Assembly (NCBI GenBank): GCA_037045145.1
Contig: JBAOIA010000012.1
Coordinates: 338,587 to 402,586 of the forward strand
Reading direction: 5' to 3'
DNA length: 64,000 bases
DNA from: Bacteroidia bacterium
Lineage (GTDB): Bacteria > Bacteroidota > Bacteroidia > AKYH767-A > OLB10
Shown here: positions 40,539 through 51,245 of the stretch, piece by piece
Layout of the letters: every line of letters begins with the position of its first letter
Numbering within the stretch: the first letter of the stretch is position 1
Made by a program: the position numbers and the translations under genes
The notes under the pieces: model-generated
Databases searched by the model: none
What the model saw: only the letters and a program-made list of their open reading frames with translations
Told to the model about the DNA's origin: nothing

Positions 40539-41500
40539 CACGATTCTATTTATCAGTACTTACAATTTTTTCTGTACTGACAACATCTGCACAACAAATG
40601 TCAACAGATATTTTTCTAACAAGCTTTGGCATGAACCGCGAAGGACAATATTTTTTTACTGCTCCGCTGAATATCACACATCGCCCCGGATATGACAATC
40701 AACCTTCATTTTCTAAAGACGGCAGTAAAGTTTATTATGTAGCCTATTACGACACTTTACAGAGTGATATTTTTGTTTATAACCTTGAAGACAGCACCAA
40801 CACAAGGCTGACAGAAACACCTGAAAGTGAATTTTCACCACGGGTGACGACAGATGATTTAGGATTTACTGTTGTGAGAGTTGATGCAGATAAAGGTCAG
40901 CGTTTGTACAGAATACTAATGGATGGAACTAATGAATTTCAGCTTCTTGGTGTATCTGATTCTGTTGCCTATTACTGTATTGCAAATGACAGCACCTATG
41001 CTGTTGCTGATCTAAACAACAATGTAATGGAATTAAATATTTACGAAATGCCGGGTGAGCAATTTATCCCATTGGCAAAAAATATTGGACGCTGTATTGC
41101 TGTTATTCCTGACGGTGATAATGAAATAAGCTATGTTGACAAAGCAGACACCAACGGATATATGCTTATGTCGTTTTCAATAAATTCAGGATTGATTGGA
41201 AGTGTTTGCCAACTTAAAAAAGGTGTTGAAGATTATGTGTGGACAAAAGATGGTAAACTGCTTATCGGCTACGAAGGCAAATTGATGATGTTTGACCGTA
41301 GTAAGCCTGAGAACGGGTGGACAGAACTTGCAGACTTCAGTAAGTCGGTTGGGAATTTTTACAGAATTGCAATCAGTCAACAAGGAACTCAACTAGCATT
41401 GGTTGCCTACACCAAGGAAGATAAAAAACAAGATGCCACCAAAGATGATTCCGGCAAAAAAGATGAAAAGAAAAAACGTAAAAAGAAGAAAGATGAATAA
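40535..41500 (+). CDS. TolB-like WD40/PD40 beta-propeller protein with a polylysine C-tail
   Basis: Signal peptide and repeated 'GYDNQPSFSKDGSKVYYVAY' PD40-like blades, ending in 'KKDEKKKRKKKKDE'. Confidence 0.55.
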   Translation: MTRFYLSVLTIFSVLTTSAQQMSTDIFLTSFGMNREGQYFFTAPLNITHRPGYDNQPSFSKDGSKVYYVAYYDTLQSDIFVYNLEDSTNTRLTETPESEFSPRVTTDDLGFTVVRVDADKGQRLYRILMDGTNEFQLLGVSDSVAYYCIANDSTYAVADLNNNVMELNIYEMPGEQFIPLAKNIGRCIAVIPDGDNEISYVDKADTNGYMLMSFSINSGLIGSVCQLKKGVEDYVWTKDGKLLIGYEGKLMMFDRSKPENGWTELADFSKSVGNFYRIAISQQGTQLALVAYTKEDKKQDATKDDSGKKDEKKKRKKKKDE

Positions 41501-41600
41501 AGCCGAATTTGTTATTGAACGCCTATAGCATTGTGTTCAACTCTCTTTTAAGCATCAGATTTACGAATTAAATTGCTATGACAAGAACAAACCTTCCCAC

Positions 41601-42641
41601 ATGAAAACTGATTTTATCATAGTCGGAAATGGTTTAGCCGGAAGTTTACTTGCATGGAATCTTTTACAGTTTGAAAAAAAAGTTGTAATTATTGATGAGT
41701 TCAATAACACCGCTGCATCACAGGTTTCGGCAGGAATTTTTTTACCGGTTACAGGAAGGCGCATTGTAAGAACATGGATGGCTGATGAACTCCTTGCAGA
41801 AGTAAAAGCACTCTTTTCTCAATTAGGAACACACTTTGGGGAAACTTATATTCATGAAATGCCGGTGGTGGAAATTCCGGCTTCTGTTAAAGAATGGAAT
41901 GAATGGCAAAATCGTGCATCAAGTCACGACATCGGCAAATACATAAATTGCTTTTTAGCACCTGACACAATTGAATCTGTCCATTGCCCTTATGGTGCAA
42001 TTGAATTAAAAAACAGTGGCTATGTAAATATTTCTGCATGTGTTAATGTTTTAAAAACCCAATACCTGAAGATGGGGATTATCCATTCAGAAAAATTCAA
42101 CTTTAACGATTTACAATTTTCCAATAAAATAATTTATAAAAATATAGAAGCTCATAAAATAATTTTCTGTGAAGGTGCAGATGGCATCAGTAATCCATTT
42201 TTTAATTATCTGCCCTATCAGCTTTCCAAAGGAGAAATACTGACAATACGTTGCAATACACTTTCAGAAAAACAAATTATAAATCATGGCATTTTTATTC
42301 TGCCAATAGGCAATCAGTTGTTCAGAGTAGGCTCAACCTACGAATGGAATGATTTAACAACAGACACAACAGAAAGCGCCAGAAACACTTTAACCGAAAA
42401 GCTGCATGCAGTTTTGAAAACAGACTTTGAAATAGTTGATCAGAAAGCAGGCATCAGACCAAGTGTAAAAGAGAGAAGACCTTTTATCGGCATACATCCA
42501 AAACATAAAAACATTGGAATATTTAATGGGCTTGGCACAAAAGGTATTATGCTGGCACCTTATTTTTCAAAACATTTTGCCAGTCATCTTGCACACGATA
42601 AACCATTAATGGCAGATGTGGATATTGCTCGATTTTCTTAA
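41601..42641 (+). CDS. FAD-dependent oxidoreductase (DAO family)
   Basis: Rossmann motif 'DFIIVGNGLAGSLLAWNL...VVIIDE' and a DAO-like C-terminus 'GLGTKGIMLAP'. Confidence 0.75.
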   Translation: MKTDFIIVGNGLAGSLLAWNLLQFEKKVVIIDEFNNTAASQVSAGIFLPVTGRRIVRTWMADELLAEVKALFSQLGTHFGETYIHEMPVVEIPASVKEWNEWQNRASSHDIGKYINCFLAPDTIESVHCPYGAIELKNSGYVNISACVNVLKTQYLKMGIIHSEKFNFNDLQFSNKIIYKNIEAHKIIFCEGADGISNPFFNYLPYQLSKGEILTIRCNTLSEKQIINHGIFILPIGNQLFRVGSTYEWNDLTTDTTESARNTLTEKLHAVLKTDFEIVDQKAGIRPSVKERRPFIGIHPKHKNIGIFNGLGTKGIMLAPYFSKHFASHLAHDKPLMADVDIARFS

Positions 42642-42642
42642 A

Positions 42643-43818
42643 CTATTTTTCTTTCTTACGTCTTTCAATCTCTTGCGTAATCATACTCAATTCGCGACCC
42701 ATCTGACCACTCATACTGGTATTTTCAGCAGCACGTCTGAATAAATAAGGTAACACAGACACCACAGGTCCATAAGGCACATACTTACAAACGCAATAAC
42801 CTGCATTGGCAAGATTAAAACTGATGTGGTCGCTCATGCCAAGCAGTTGGGAAAACCAAACACGCTCATCAGAATTTGCAATTCCTTTTTCTTCCATGAG
42901 TTTTGCGAGTAAGGCGCTGCTCTCTTCATTGTGTGTGCCTGCACAAACAGCAACCATGTCTATATTATCAATACACAACTTTACTGCTTCGTTGTAGTCA
43001 TGATCACATGCTGCTTTATCGGGTTGTATTGGTGAAGGATAACCATTCGTTGTTGCGCGTTCTCTTTCTTTTTCCATATACGCACCACGCACTAATTTAT
43101 ATCCTACTTTGTAATTGCCTGAACGGGCTTTTGCAATATTCTCTTTCATAAATGCAACCCTGTCATGACGATAAAGTTGAACGGTATTAAAAATCAGCGT
43201 TTTTTCTTTATTGTATTTCAACATCATGTCATCAACCATGGTATCAATAGCATCCTGAATCCATGTTTCTTCAGCATCAATAAACAAACGCACACTATTC
43301 TCTGCTGCCGTCCTACAAATTGATTCAACTCTGGCTTTTAATCTCTGAAATTCTGCTTCTTCAGCTTCAGTAAGTAAAACCTGACTACTGACACGCTCTA
43401 ACAAATCCATCCTGCCAACACCGGTAACCTTAAATACTGAAAACGGAATGTTCTTCTTTCCACTTGCATGCTTTACGGTTTTAACAATTTCTGCACAGCT
43501 ATGATCAAAATCAGATTCGTTGTGGTGTCCTTCTACAGAATAATCCAAGATAGAGCCTACTCCAAATTTTCCTAGATTATTTATCGTTTCTGTGCATTGT
43601 TCAATGGTTTCTCCTCCACAAAAATGTTTGTAAATGGTAGCCCTTATCAATGGCTTAATAGGTAAACCCATTTTCAAAACTGCATTGGTGATTCCGGGAC
43701 CAATTTTTACGAGAAAGTTAACATTGATGAGCTTGAATAACCAATAGGCTCTTTTAAGATCTGCATCGCTCTTATAAGCAAATGCAACCTTCAGATTGTT
43801 GAATGATACGGATGACAT
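42643..43818 (-). CDS. proline dehydrogenase family protein
   Basis: PRODH TIM-barrel motifs 'FNTVQLYRHDR', 'YKVGYKLVRGAYMEKER' and 'ICRTAAENSVRLFIDAEE'. Confidence 0.85.
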   Translation of the reverse strand: MSSVSFNNLKVAFAYKSDADLKRAYWLFKLINVNFLVKIGPGITNAVLKMGLPIKPLIRATIYKHFCGGETIEQCTETINNLGKFGVGSILDYSVEGHHNESDFDHSCAEIVKTVKHASGKKNIPFSVFKVTGVGRMDLLERVSSQVLLTEAEEAEFQRLKARVESICRTAAENSVRLFIDAEETWIQDAIDTMVDDMMLKYNKEKTLIFNTVQLYRHDRVAFMKENIAKARSGNYKVGYKLVRGAYMEKERERATTNGYPSPIQPDKAACDHDYNEAVKLCIDNIDMVAVCAGTHNEESSALLAKLMEEKGIANSDERVWFSQLLGMSDHISFNLANAGYCVCKYVPYGPVVSVLPYLFRRAAENTSMSGQMGRELSMITQEIERRKKEK

Positions 43819-44019
43819 ATTAAAAATTCTCTGCCAAAGATAGATGAATTAAAATATCCGCTAATCTAATTTCTGTAAGAGGCAAATATGATATTAATCA
43901 ACAGCTTAACTTTATGATTTAACCATACTTTAACCAAATATTAAAATATGCAGGTATCTGCTCCGCAAGAAAGCCTTTACAAAATCAAAATTTCTATTTT
44001 GATATGATGGCAGCATACC

Positions 44020-44817
44020 TCACTCCATCAGTTCTTTTAATTTCTTTTCCAACTCATCTGGCGAAAGGTTGGCATAAAACGATCCACCTGCAGCAATAGA
44101 AATTTGTCCATTTTCTTCCGAAACTACCAGAGCAATTGCATCACTCTGTTCTGTTATACCCAATGCCGCTCTGTGACGCATTCCATAATTTGCAGGAACG
44201 TCCAAACTTTCTGTTACCGGCAAAACACAGCGTGCTGCACGAATTCTATTGCCACGAATGATGACAGCACCATCATGTAAAGGGCTATTTTTAAAAAAAA
44301 TACTCTCTAAAAGCCGTTTGGAAACTTCGGCTTCCATAAAATCACCGGTACCTTCAAACAAATTCAAATCGGTTTTTCTGGTAACAACAATCAAAGCTCC
44401 TGTTTTTGTTTTTGACATTGAAACGCAGGCACGAACAATGGGCATTACACTTAACTCAACAGGTTGTTGCAGCTTGAAATTTCCATGAAAAAGATTTTTA
44501 AAAAAATCGCCACGGGTGAAAATGGTATTTGAGCCTACAAAAATTAAAAACCTCCGCAGCTCCTGCTGAAAAACAATGATGAGTGCAATGACCCCAACAC
44601 CAATAAACTGTCCAAACAATGCACCAAGCAATTGCATATCGAGCACTTTCACAAAAAGCCACCAGAGAAAATATATAGTGAGAATACCAATCAGGATATT
44701 CATAGCAACACCACCTTTCAGCAAACGATAAAGTTTATACAGCACCCATGCTACAATTAATACATCAATTATATCAAGTAATCTTACTGTTAAAAATCCT
44801 ATATGAAACAACTCCAT
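44020..44817 (-). CDS. cdaA: diadenylate cyclase (c-di-AMP synthase, DisA_N domain, three N-terminal TM helices)
   Basis: 'TGALIVVTRKTD', 'LHDGAVIIRGNRIRAARCVLP' and 'GMRHRAALGITEQSDAIALVVSEENGQIS'. Confidence 0.9.
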   Translation of the reverse strand: MELFHIGFLTVRLLDIIDVLIVAWVLYKLYRLLKGGVAMNILIGILTIYFLWWLFVKVLDMQLLGALFGQFIGVGVIALIIVFQQELRRFLIFVGSNTIFTRGDFFKNLFHGNFKLQQPVELSVMPIVRACVSMSKTKTGALIVVTRKTDLNLFEGTGDFMEAEVSKRLLESIFFKNSPLHDGAVIIRGNRIRAARCVLPVTESLDVPANYGMRHRAALGITEQSDAIALVVSEENGQISIAAGGSFYANLSPDELEKKLKELME

Positions 44818-44950
44818 GCCTGTAGCTATAGTTACAAATAACAGAAGTTTATTTCAACTTTACAGTTGTTTCATGATTTTTTTCGCACAATGTTGTTGAC
44901 ATTGCATGTTAAACCGCTATAACTTTAATTTTAAAAAGTAGAAATCAGAA

Positions 44951-46186
44951 CTACACCTGCAACGCTTTTAACCGCTGCAATAAAGGCGGATGCGAGTAAT
45001 AAAAGAATACATACATTGGATGCGGGGTAAGGTTTGACAAACTATCTGAACTGAGTTTTTTTAATGCACTTGCTAACGCTTCTGCACTGAATGTTACTCT
45101 TGCAAAATTATCCGCTTCAAATTCATTCTTTCTGGAATAAATATTCATCAGAATTCCTGTAATAAGTGATAAAGGCGAATACAATAAAGTAAACGCTATT
45201 AGACTTAATGCCAGGCTGTAGTCTGTTCCTCCCAAAGCTAATGAAAACCATTCATTATTGATAAAAACAGAAAGTAACCACAACATTAAAGCCGTTTGGA
45301 GTATAGAAAATATCATTGAAAAAAGTGTATGCTTTTTCTTGTAATGTCCCACTTCATGAGCCAACACAGCAACCAACTCATCTTTCGAATAATTATTTAC
45401 CAGGGTGTCAAAAAGTACGATCTTTTTCTTTTTGCCTAATCCACTGAAAAACGCATTTGCTTTTGATGATCGTCTGCTTCCATCCATTACATAGAGGTTT
45501 GTAATTTCAAATTTGTTTTTCTGACAATAATTCTCAATTGCAGTACGCACTTCACCATCAGCCAACGGAGTAAGTTTATTGAACATTGGCAGAATCAACG
45601 AAGTGTAAAACATATTCAATAATACCATAAAGAAAGCAAAGACTACAAGCATGTAAATCCAAAAATCACTTCCTGTATATTGATAAAACAAAACAAACAA
45701 GGCCAATAGACTTCCACCTAATGCTCCGGCAAGAAAATATCCTTTAATTCTGTCTGAAATAAAGACAGCAAATGTTGTTTTGTTAAATCCATAACGTGCT
45801 TCAATTACGAAGGTGGAATAAAGAGAAAACGGTATGCTTATTAAATCACTGAAGAGTGCAAAAATTCCAAAAAACAGCAAAGTGGACCATAACAAATCTG
45901 TAGTAATACCATGTGTCCAGCCATCAAGCCAACCATAACCACCATAAATCAGAAAAAAGAATGATATGATAAACATGACTGTTTCACTAAGCATCCCAAA
46001 GCGGCTTTTCTCATGTTCATATTGTTGTGATTTTCTATACCTTTCTTCATCATAAAATTGTTTCAGTTCATCCGGTTGCTTTTCTGATAAATTTAATAAA
46101 TTTAAAATAGACAAACTCATACTCAACAGATAATTCAGCACCAGTATTGACGCAATTACCCACAACAATAGTTCTTTTAATTCCAT
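44951..46186 (-). CDS. M48 family metallopeptidase (Ste24/HtpX-like)
   Basis: Multi-TM N-terminus with 'VLAHEVGHYKKKH' (the HExxH motif) and a downstream 'NEFEAD' third zinc ligand. Confidence 0.85.
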   Translation of the reverse strand: MELKELLLWVIASILVLNYLLSMSLSILNLLNLSEKQPDELKQFYDEERYRKSQQYEHEKSRFGMLSETVMFIISFFFLIYGGYGWLDGWTHGITTDLLWSTLLFFGIFALFSDLISIPFSLYSTFVIEARYGFNKTTFAVFISDRIKGYFLAGALGGSLLALFVLFYQYTGSDFWIYMLVVFAFFMVLLNMFYTSLILPMFNKLTPLADGEVRTAIENYCQKNKFEITNLYVMDGSRRSSKANAFFSGLGKKKKIVLFDTLVNNYSKDELVAVLAHEVGHYKKKHTLFSMIFSILQTALMLWLLSVFINNEWFSLALGGTDYSLALSLIAFTLLYSPLSLITGILMNIYSRKNEFEADNFARVTFSAEALASALKKLSSDSLSNLTPHPMYVFFYYSHPPLLQRLKALQV

Positions 46187-47295
46187 GCTTTTTTATTAAA
46201 ATTATATCCTATCCCCCACTCTATAAAATCGGCTCTTGCAATATGTGTTTTCAAGTTGATGCAAGCAAACATTCCATCATAAATGCGGTAACGCATACCT
46301 AATCTGTTGTAGAACAAGCCATCTTTCTTCCAATCATTTTTTGCATAAACACCCATTTGCAGTATAACAGAAAAATCTGAAAAAATAATCTCATACGCTC
46401 CTGCAACACCTCCACGAAAATTTGACCACGTACCTTGTGTTTTCATGTCTTCATATTCAAGTCTGTAATTAATAGTCGGGTCATAAAACATATCAACGCT
46501 TATGCCTGCCGCTGATTTAGGGCTGTACTGTCTTAAAAATGCTGGAGAAAGCGTCCATGCATACCAGGTGCGTCCCGCTAGAGGATAAACCTGTTTAAAT
46601 GCCCATGCTCCAAAAATCGTGAATCGGTTTCTATTTTCAAATGGCAGAGACTCTTGCTTGATAATACTTTTTGGCTCACCAAAAGAATGGCTGTAATGTA
46701 GTTGTGTCGAGATTAAATTAATACCGAGGTTTGGCATTGCTGTACTTCCATTTGAAAAATGCGTCAGCCCTATGGCAGGAGCTATTCTATCTCGTTTAGT
46801 AAACCAAAACTCCGAGTGAAGGTTAAATGCAATAACAGCATTCAGATGTGAGCCAATAGCTACGTTCTGATAATTTTCATTTCTGTTATAAGGTTTTGTA
46901 ACATATCCCAATCCCCATCCAAATTGAAAATGCAGAAATGGCTTTTCTGACCTGCCGAGTGGAATGTCAATGTATGGATATACTACATGACCATAACCTA
47001 ACTGTTCTTTATTTCCCAAACCAAAAAAACCATATTTAACTCCTGTTTCAGGAAAATGAAAATGTTGCTGCCATGTCCGCTTGCCATCTGCCTGATGTGA
47101 TAATGTAATCATCATACCACCAAGATGGCTATGCTGCAGTGGTTGAACAGAAGGCCGGTGAGCCATTACAAAACCATAATGCCCCTCTGCGCCAAGTATC
47201 CACGTACCATGTGTGACTTGCTGCCCTTGTACAGCAACAGTCATCATGAGTAAAAATAGTGTGGACAGAAAACTAATGCCTTCTTTATGAATCAT
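46177..47295 (-). CDS. outer-membrane lipid A deacylase-like (PagL-type acyloxyacyl hydrolase) beta-barrel protein
   Basis: Signal peptide and beta-rich sequence. 'IGLTHFSNGSTAMPNLGINL' resembles the PagL His/Ser-containing motif. Tentative. Confidence 0.4.
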   Translation of the reverse strand: MIHKEGISFLSTLFLLMMTVAVQGQQVTHGTWILGAEGHYGFVMAHRPSVQPLQHSHLGGMMITLSHQADGKRTWQQHFHFPETGVKYGFFGLGNKEQLGYGHVVYPYIDIPLGRSEKPFLHFQFGWGLGYVTKPYNRNENYQNVAIGSHLNAVIAFNLHSEFWFTKRDRIAPAIGLTHFSNGSTAMPNLGINLISTQLHYSHSFGEPKSIIKQESLPFENRNRFTIFGAWAFKQVYPLAGRTWYAWTLSPAFLRQYSPKSAAGISVDMFYDPTINYRLEYEDMKTQGTWSNFRGGVAGAYEIIFSDFSVILQMGVYAKNDWKKDGLFYNRLGMRYRIYDGMFACINLKTHIARADFIEWGIGYNFNKKAWN

Positions 47296-48108
47296 ACCTT
47301 TGCAAAGAAAATGCTTTTAACAATGGAAGAAAAATTAAATGCCTTTAAAAGAATTTGTACCATCATGGACGAACTGCGTACACAATGCCCATGGGATAAA
47401 AAGCAAACTATTGAGTCGCTACGGCATCTCACCATTGAAGAGGTTTATGAATTGAGTGATGCCATCTTAGACAACAATTTGGAAGAGGTTAAAAAAGAAT
47501 TGGGCGACATTATGCTGCATCTGATTTTTTATTCGCGCATAGCTGAAGAAAAAAACTTATTTAACATTGCTGATGTAATTAATACAGAATGTGAAAAATT
47601 AATTTCGCGTCATCCACATATTTATCCTGCTGCCGATGGACAAAAAATTGCTGTTGCCGATGAAGAAGAAGTAAAACGTAACTGGGAAAAGTTAAAAATG
47701 AAAGAAGGTAAGGAATCTGTATTAGAAGGAGTGCCACGCTCATTACCCAGTATGGTAAAAGCCCAACGCATCCAGGAGAAAGCTCGGGGTGCAGGTTTCG
47801 ACTGGGAAAAACCCGAGCAGGTGTGGGAAAAAGTTGAAGAAGAGTTCAACGAATTTCAGGAAGCAGTGTCTCGCAAAGACCAAAAAGAAATGTCTGCCGA
47901 ATTAGGAGATGTTTTATTCGCCTTAATCAATTACGCACGTTTTCACAACTTGAATCCTGATGAGGCATTAGAGCGCACTAACAGAAAATTTATTTCACGT
48001 TTCAGGTATATGGAAGAAAAGGTTAAGGAATCAGGAAAAACGTTACATGAACTATCGTTGGCGCAAATGGATGTTTTTTGGAACCAGGCCAAAACCACTG
48101 AAATCTGA
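47287..48108 (+). CDS. mazG: nucleoside triphosphate pyrophosphohydrolase MazG
   Basis: Tandem MazG domains with '[23 protein letters not shown]...ELGDIMLHL' and a second 'EEFNEFQEA...ELGDVLFAL'. The true start is possibly the Met at about 47311. Confidence 0.9.
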   Translation: MNHTFAKKMLLTMEEKLNAFKRICTIMDELRTQCPWDKKQTIESLRHLTIEEVYELSDAILDNNLEEVKKELGDIMLHLIFYSRIAEEKNLFNIADVINTECEKLISRHPHIYPAADGQKIAVADEEEVKRNWEKLKMKEGKESVLEGVPRSLPSMVKAQRIQEKARGAGFDWEKPEQVWEKVEEEFNEFQEAVSRKDQKEMSAELGDVLFALINYARFHNLNPDEALERTNRKFISRFRYMEEKVKESGKTLHELSLAQMDVFWNQAKTTEI

Positions 48109-48797
48109 TGATGCACATTGATATTATAACAGTACATCCCGGTTTGCTTGAAGGCCCTTTCAGTCATTCTATTCTTAAAAGAGCCATTCAGAAAAATCTT
48201 GTTGAAATAAATATCATTAACCTTCGCGACTATGCCACCAACAAACATAAAAGCGTTGACGACTATGCCTTTGGCGGTGGTGCCGGAATGGTGATGATGA
48301 TAGAACCTATTGACCACTGTATTGCAGACCTTAAATCAAAAAGAACTTATGACGAAGTCATCTATATGTCACCCGATGGCGAACAACTTAACCAGGGAAT
48401 GAGCAATAGCCTGTCGCTGAAAAAAAACATCATCATCCTTTGTGGTCATTACAAAGGTGTTGATGAAAGAGTGCGGCAGCATCTTATTACACGCGAAATT
48501 TCTGTGGGCGACTATGTTCTTTCAGGTGGTGAACTACCCGCAGCTGTACTATGTGATAGTATCATCAGAATTATTCCGGGAGTATTAAATGATGAAACCT
48601 CGGCCCTGTCTGACTCTTTTCAGGATAACCTGCTGGCACCACCTGTTTATACCCGACCGGCAAATTACAAAGGCTGGGATGTTCCTGAAGTTCTTTTATC
48701 CGGTAATGAAAGCCTTATTAATGAATGGCGGCACCTACAAAGCCTGGAACGTACCCAAATAAGAAGACCGGACTTATCTGACAACAACAGCAAATAA
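48108..48797 (+). CDS. trmD: tRNA (guanine37-N1)-methyltransferase
   Basis: '[17 protein letters not shown]', '[18 protein letters not shown]' and '[13 protein letters not shown]...[11 protein letters not shown]'. Confidence 0.95.
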   Translation: MMHIDIITVHPGLLEGPFSHSILKRAIQKNLVEINIINLRDYATNKHKSVDDYAFGGGAGMVMMIEPIDHCIADLKSKRTYDEVIYMSPDGEQLNQGMSNSLSLKKNIIILCGHYKGVDERVRQHLITREISVGDYVLSGGELPAAVLCDSIIRIIPGVLNDETSALSDSFQDNLLAPPVYTRPANYKGWDVPEVLLSGNESLINEWRHLQSLERTQIRRPDLSDNNSK

Positions 48798-48922
48798 CTG
48801 TTTTTCAATAAAATGCGGTTTTTTAAATAAATTTTAAAAAGTTAGGAGAAATCTTATTTCCCTAAAGCTTTTTTTACTATTATTGCACTCCCAAAATTTA
48901 TCATCATCAAAACATTAAAGCG

Positions 48923-49294
48923 ATGGATTTAGTTAAATTAGCAGAAAAACAGTTAATACCGGTAAAAGATACTCCGGATTTCAAAGCTGGTGATACCATT
49001 ACCGTTTTCTATAAAATTATTGAAGGTAATAAAGAGCGCGAGCAGCAGTTTCAAGGCGTAGTTATTCAACGTAAAGGACATGGAGCTACACAAACATTTA
49101 CCGTTCGTAAAATTTCTAATGGTGTAGGTGTTGAACGTATTTTTCCACTGTACAGCCCTAAAATTACTAAAATTGATGTAAACAAACGCGGTGTTGTTCG
49201 TAGAGCAAGAATCTATTACCTGCGTAATGTTTCAGGTAAGGCTGCACGTATTGAAGAAAAAATTGTTAAGACAGCTGAGACCAAGAAAAAATAA
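48923..49294 (+). CDS. rplS: 50S ribosomal protein L19
   Basis: '[36 protein letters not shown]...[18 protein letters not shown]'. Confidence 0.95.
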   Translation: MDLVKLAEKQLIPVKDTPDFKAGDTITVFYKIIEGNKEREQQFQGVVIQRKGHGATQTFTVRKISNGVGVERIFPLYSPKITKIDVNKRGVVRRARIYYLRNVSGKAARIEEKIVKTAETKKK

Positions 49295-49320
49295 AAAAGT
49301 TTCATTTTGATTTGTAGAAA

Positions 49321-49350
49321 AAGCCTCGTCAATAAGCGAGGCTTTTTTTG
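49321..49350 (+). terminator. rho-independent terminator after rplS
   Basis: An 8-bp stem 'aagcctcg/cgaggctt' followed by a T-run. A second stable hairpin (about 49356-49380, 'gccttttc...gaaaaggc') follows without a clean U-tract. Confidence 0.7.
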
Positions 49351-49556
49351 TGCCTGCCTTTTCAACGATGGAGAAAAGGCTCTTATATTCCTTAGGTTAA
49401 AGCACAAGGTTATCTGCAATACGTAATAACAATTCTGAATTATCAAATTATCTCCTTACCTAATTCTTCATCAACACTGTCAACAGTGGATAGCCATCAC
49501 TTAAAAAACTATTTTCAGTAGTTGTTGTTTATCCGTCAAAATAATATTTAAAAAAA

Positions 49557-50270
49557 ATGGTAATTGAAATCTGGAGCGACATTATGTGCCCCTTTTGCTA
49601 CATCGGCAAACGTCACTATGAAAATGCATTAAAACAATTTGCAGGCAAGAATAATATAGAGTTGAAATGGAAAAGCTATTTGCTAGATCCTGAAACTCCA
49701 CTGGAATTTGAGAAACCACTTAATGTTTATGAATATCTGGCCGAAAGAAAAGGCATCAGCCTTGCACAGTCGGTAAAAATGCATGAACATGTGGTTGCCA
49801 TGGCCAAACAAGCAGGACTGGATTATCAACTAGACAAATTAGTAGTTGCCAATATGGTCAAGGCACATCGTGTTATTCAATTTTCAAAAAAGAAAGGACT
49901 TGCCGACCGGGTTGAAGAAAATATGTTTAACGCTTATTTTACCGAGGGAAAAAACCTTGCTGATGATGCTGAATTAATTGCTATTGGCATTGCATCAGGA
50001 TTAACTAAAGAAGAGGTTACAACAGCATTGGCAGACGACCTTTATGCTTATGAAGTAGATCAGGATATTCAGGAAGCAAGAGCAATCGGTGTAACCGGAG
50101 TTCCTTTTTTTGTTTTCAACAGAAAGTACGCTATTTCAGGTGCGCAACCAACAGAAGTATTTCTCGACACATTGAACAAATCTTACAGTGAATGGCTTGA
50201 AACTAATCCGCAATCCGGTTTACAAATAACCTCTGGAGAAAGTTGCAGTACTGATGGTTGTGACTCATAA
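49557..50270 (+). CDS. DsbA-family thiol:disulfide oxidoreductase (FrnE-like)
   Basis: The 'CPFC' active site at residues 11-14 in 'IEIWSDIMCPFCYIGK', and 'GVTGVPFFVFNRKYAISGAQ'. Confidence 0.8.
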   Translation: MVIEIWSDIMCPFCYIGKRHYENALKQFAGKNNIELKWKSYLLDPETPLEFEKPLNVYEYLAERKGISLAQSVKMHEHVVAMAKQAGLDYQLDKLVVANMVKAHRVIQFSKKKGLADRVEENMFNAYFTEGKNLADDAELIAIGIASGLTKEEVTTALADDLYAYEVDQDIQEARAIGVTGVPFFVFNRKYAISGAQPTEVFLDTLNKSYSEWLETNPQSGLQITSGESCSTDGCDS

Positions 50271-50287
50271 AACTTTTCTTTATGCTA

Positions 50288-51217
50288 TCATGATTGTATG
50301 TTGGTATCTTGCACAACATATAATGGTCTGTTTCTGATATTGGCACTCATGCGGCTGATGTATTCTCCAATGATTCCAATACAAATAAGTTGTACCCCTC
50401 CAAGAAATAAGACAGCAATCATTATAGATGTCCATCCCTGCACATAATCTTTAATGATAAAGCGTGAGTAAAGTGCATACAATATCCAGATAAAAGAAAT
50501 AAAAGAAACTACAAAGCCACTGGCAGTAGCAAATTTTAATGGAGCTGTTGAAAATGAGGTAATCCCATCAATAGCAAAACGCATCATTTTTCTGTAGGTA
50601 TAACCTGTTTCGCCAGCATGCCGCTCTTTGCGGTCGTATTCTACAAAGGTTTGCCTGAAACCAATCCAGGGTATTTGTCCACGCAAATATTTCTGTTGCT
50701 CAGGCATGTGTTTAAGCACATCAACGATTTTACGATCCATAATGCGGAAATCTCCGGTGTCAACAGGAATTTCTACAGAGGTAATTCGGGCAAGTATTCT
50801 ATAAAAAATTTTTGCTGTAAATTTTTTTATAAAGTTTTCGCCATCTCTGCTTTTCCGTTTTGCATAAACAACCTCAAATCCCTCTTTCATTTTTTGATAC
50901 ATTTCCTGAATCAACTCCGGTGGGTCTTGCAAGTCGGCATCAATAATGGCTACAGCATTTCCGGTACAAAAATCCAGTCCTGCACTAACAGCAATTTGAT
51001 GTCCAAAGTTGCGGCTGAAGTTTATATAGTAAACATGTTGGTCATTTGCAGCAAGTGCCTTTACCATTGAAAGGCTATTGTCGCGGCTGCCATCATTAAT
51101 AAATATAAGTTCATAACTGTTGCTGATTTTTGAAACAACAGAAGTGAGACTTTCATGTAACAGATGGATGTTGTTCTCTTCATTATAAATAGGAATAATA
51201 ATCGAAATATCTTTCAT
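50288..51217 (-). CDS. GT2 polyprenyl-phosphate sugar transferase (ArnC/GtrB-like, C-terminal TM helices)
   Basis: 'ISIIIPIYNEENNI', 'INDGSRDNS', 'DADLQDPPELI', and two C-terminal TM helices. The start was moved to the internal Met, removing a 29-aa Arg-rich extension. Confidence 0.8.
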   Translation of the reverse strand: MKDISIIIPIYNEENNIHLLHESLTSVVSKISNSYELIFINDGSRDNSLSMVKALAANDQHVYYINFSRNFGHQIAVSAGLDFCTGNAVAIIDADLQDPPELIQEMYQKMKEGFEVVYAKRKSRDGENFIKKFTAKIFYRILARITSVEIPVDTGDFRIMDRKIVDVLKHMPEQQKYLRGQIPWIGFRQTFVEYDRKERHAGETGYTYRKMMRFAIDGITSFSTAPLKFATASGFVVSFISFIWILYALYSRFIIKDYVQGWTSIMIAVLFLGGVQLICIGIIGEYISRMSANIRNRPLYVVQDTNIQS

Positions 51218-51245
51218 AACACTGTTTGTCTTACTTTCATTTAAA

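Noticed and set aside
47287-47295. The 9-nt overlap between the PagL-like gene (minus strand) and mazG (plus strand) as evidence of an unusual head-to-head overlap.
   Set aside because: mazG has in-frame Met codons at about 47311 and about 47323 that match the E. coli MazG N-terminus better. Using those starts removes the overlap.
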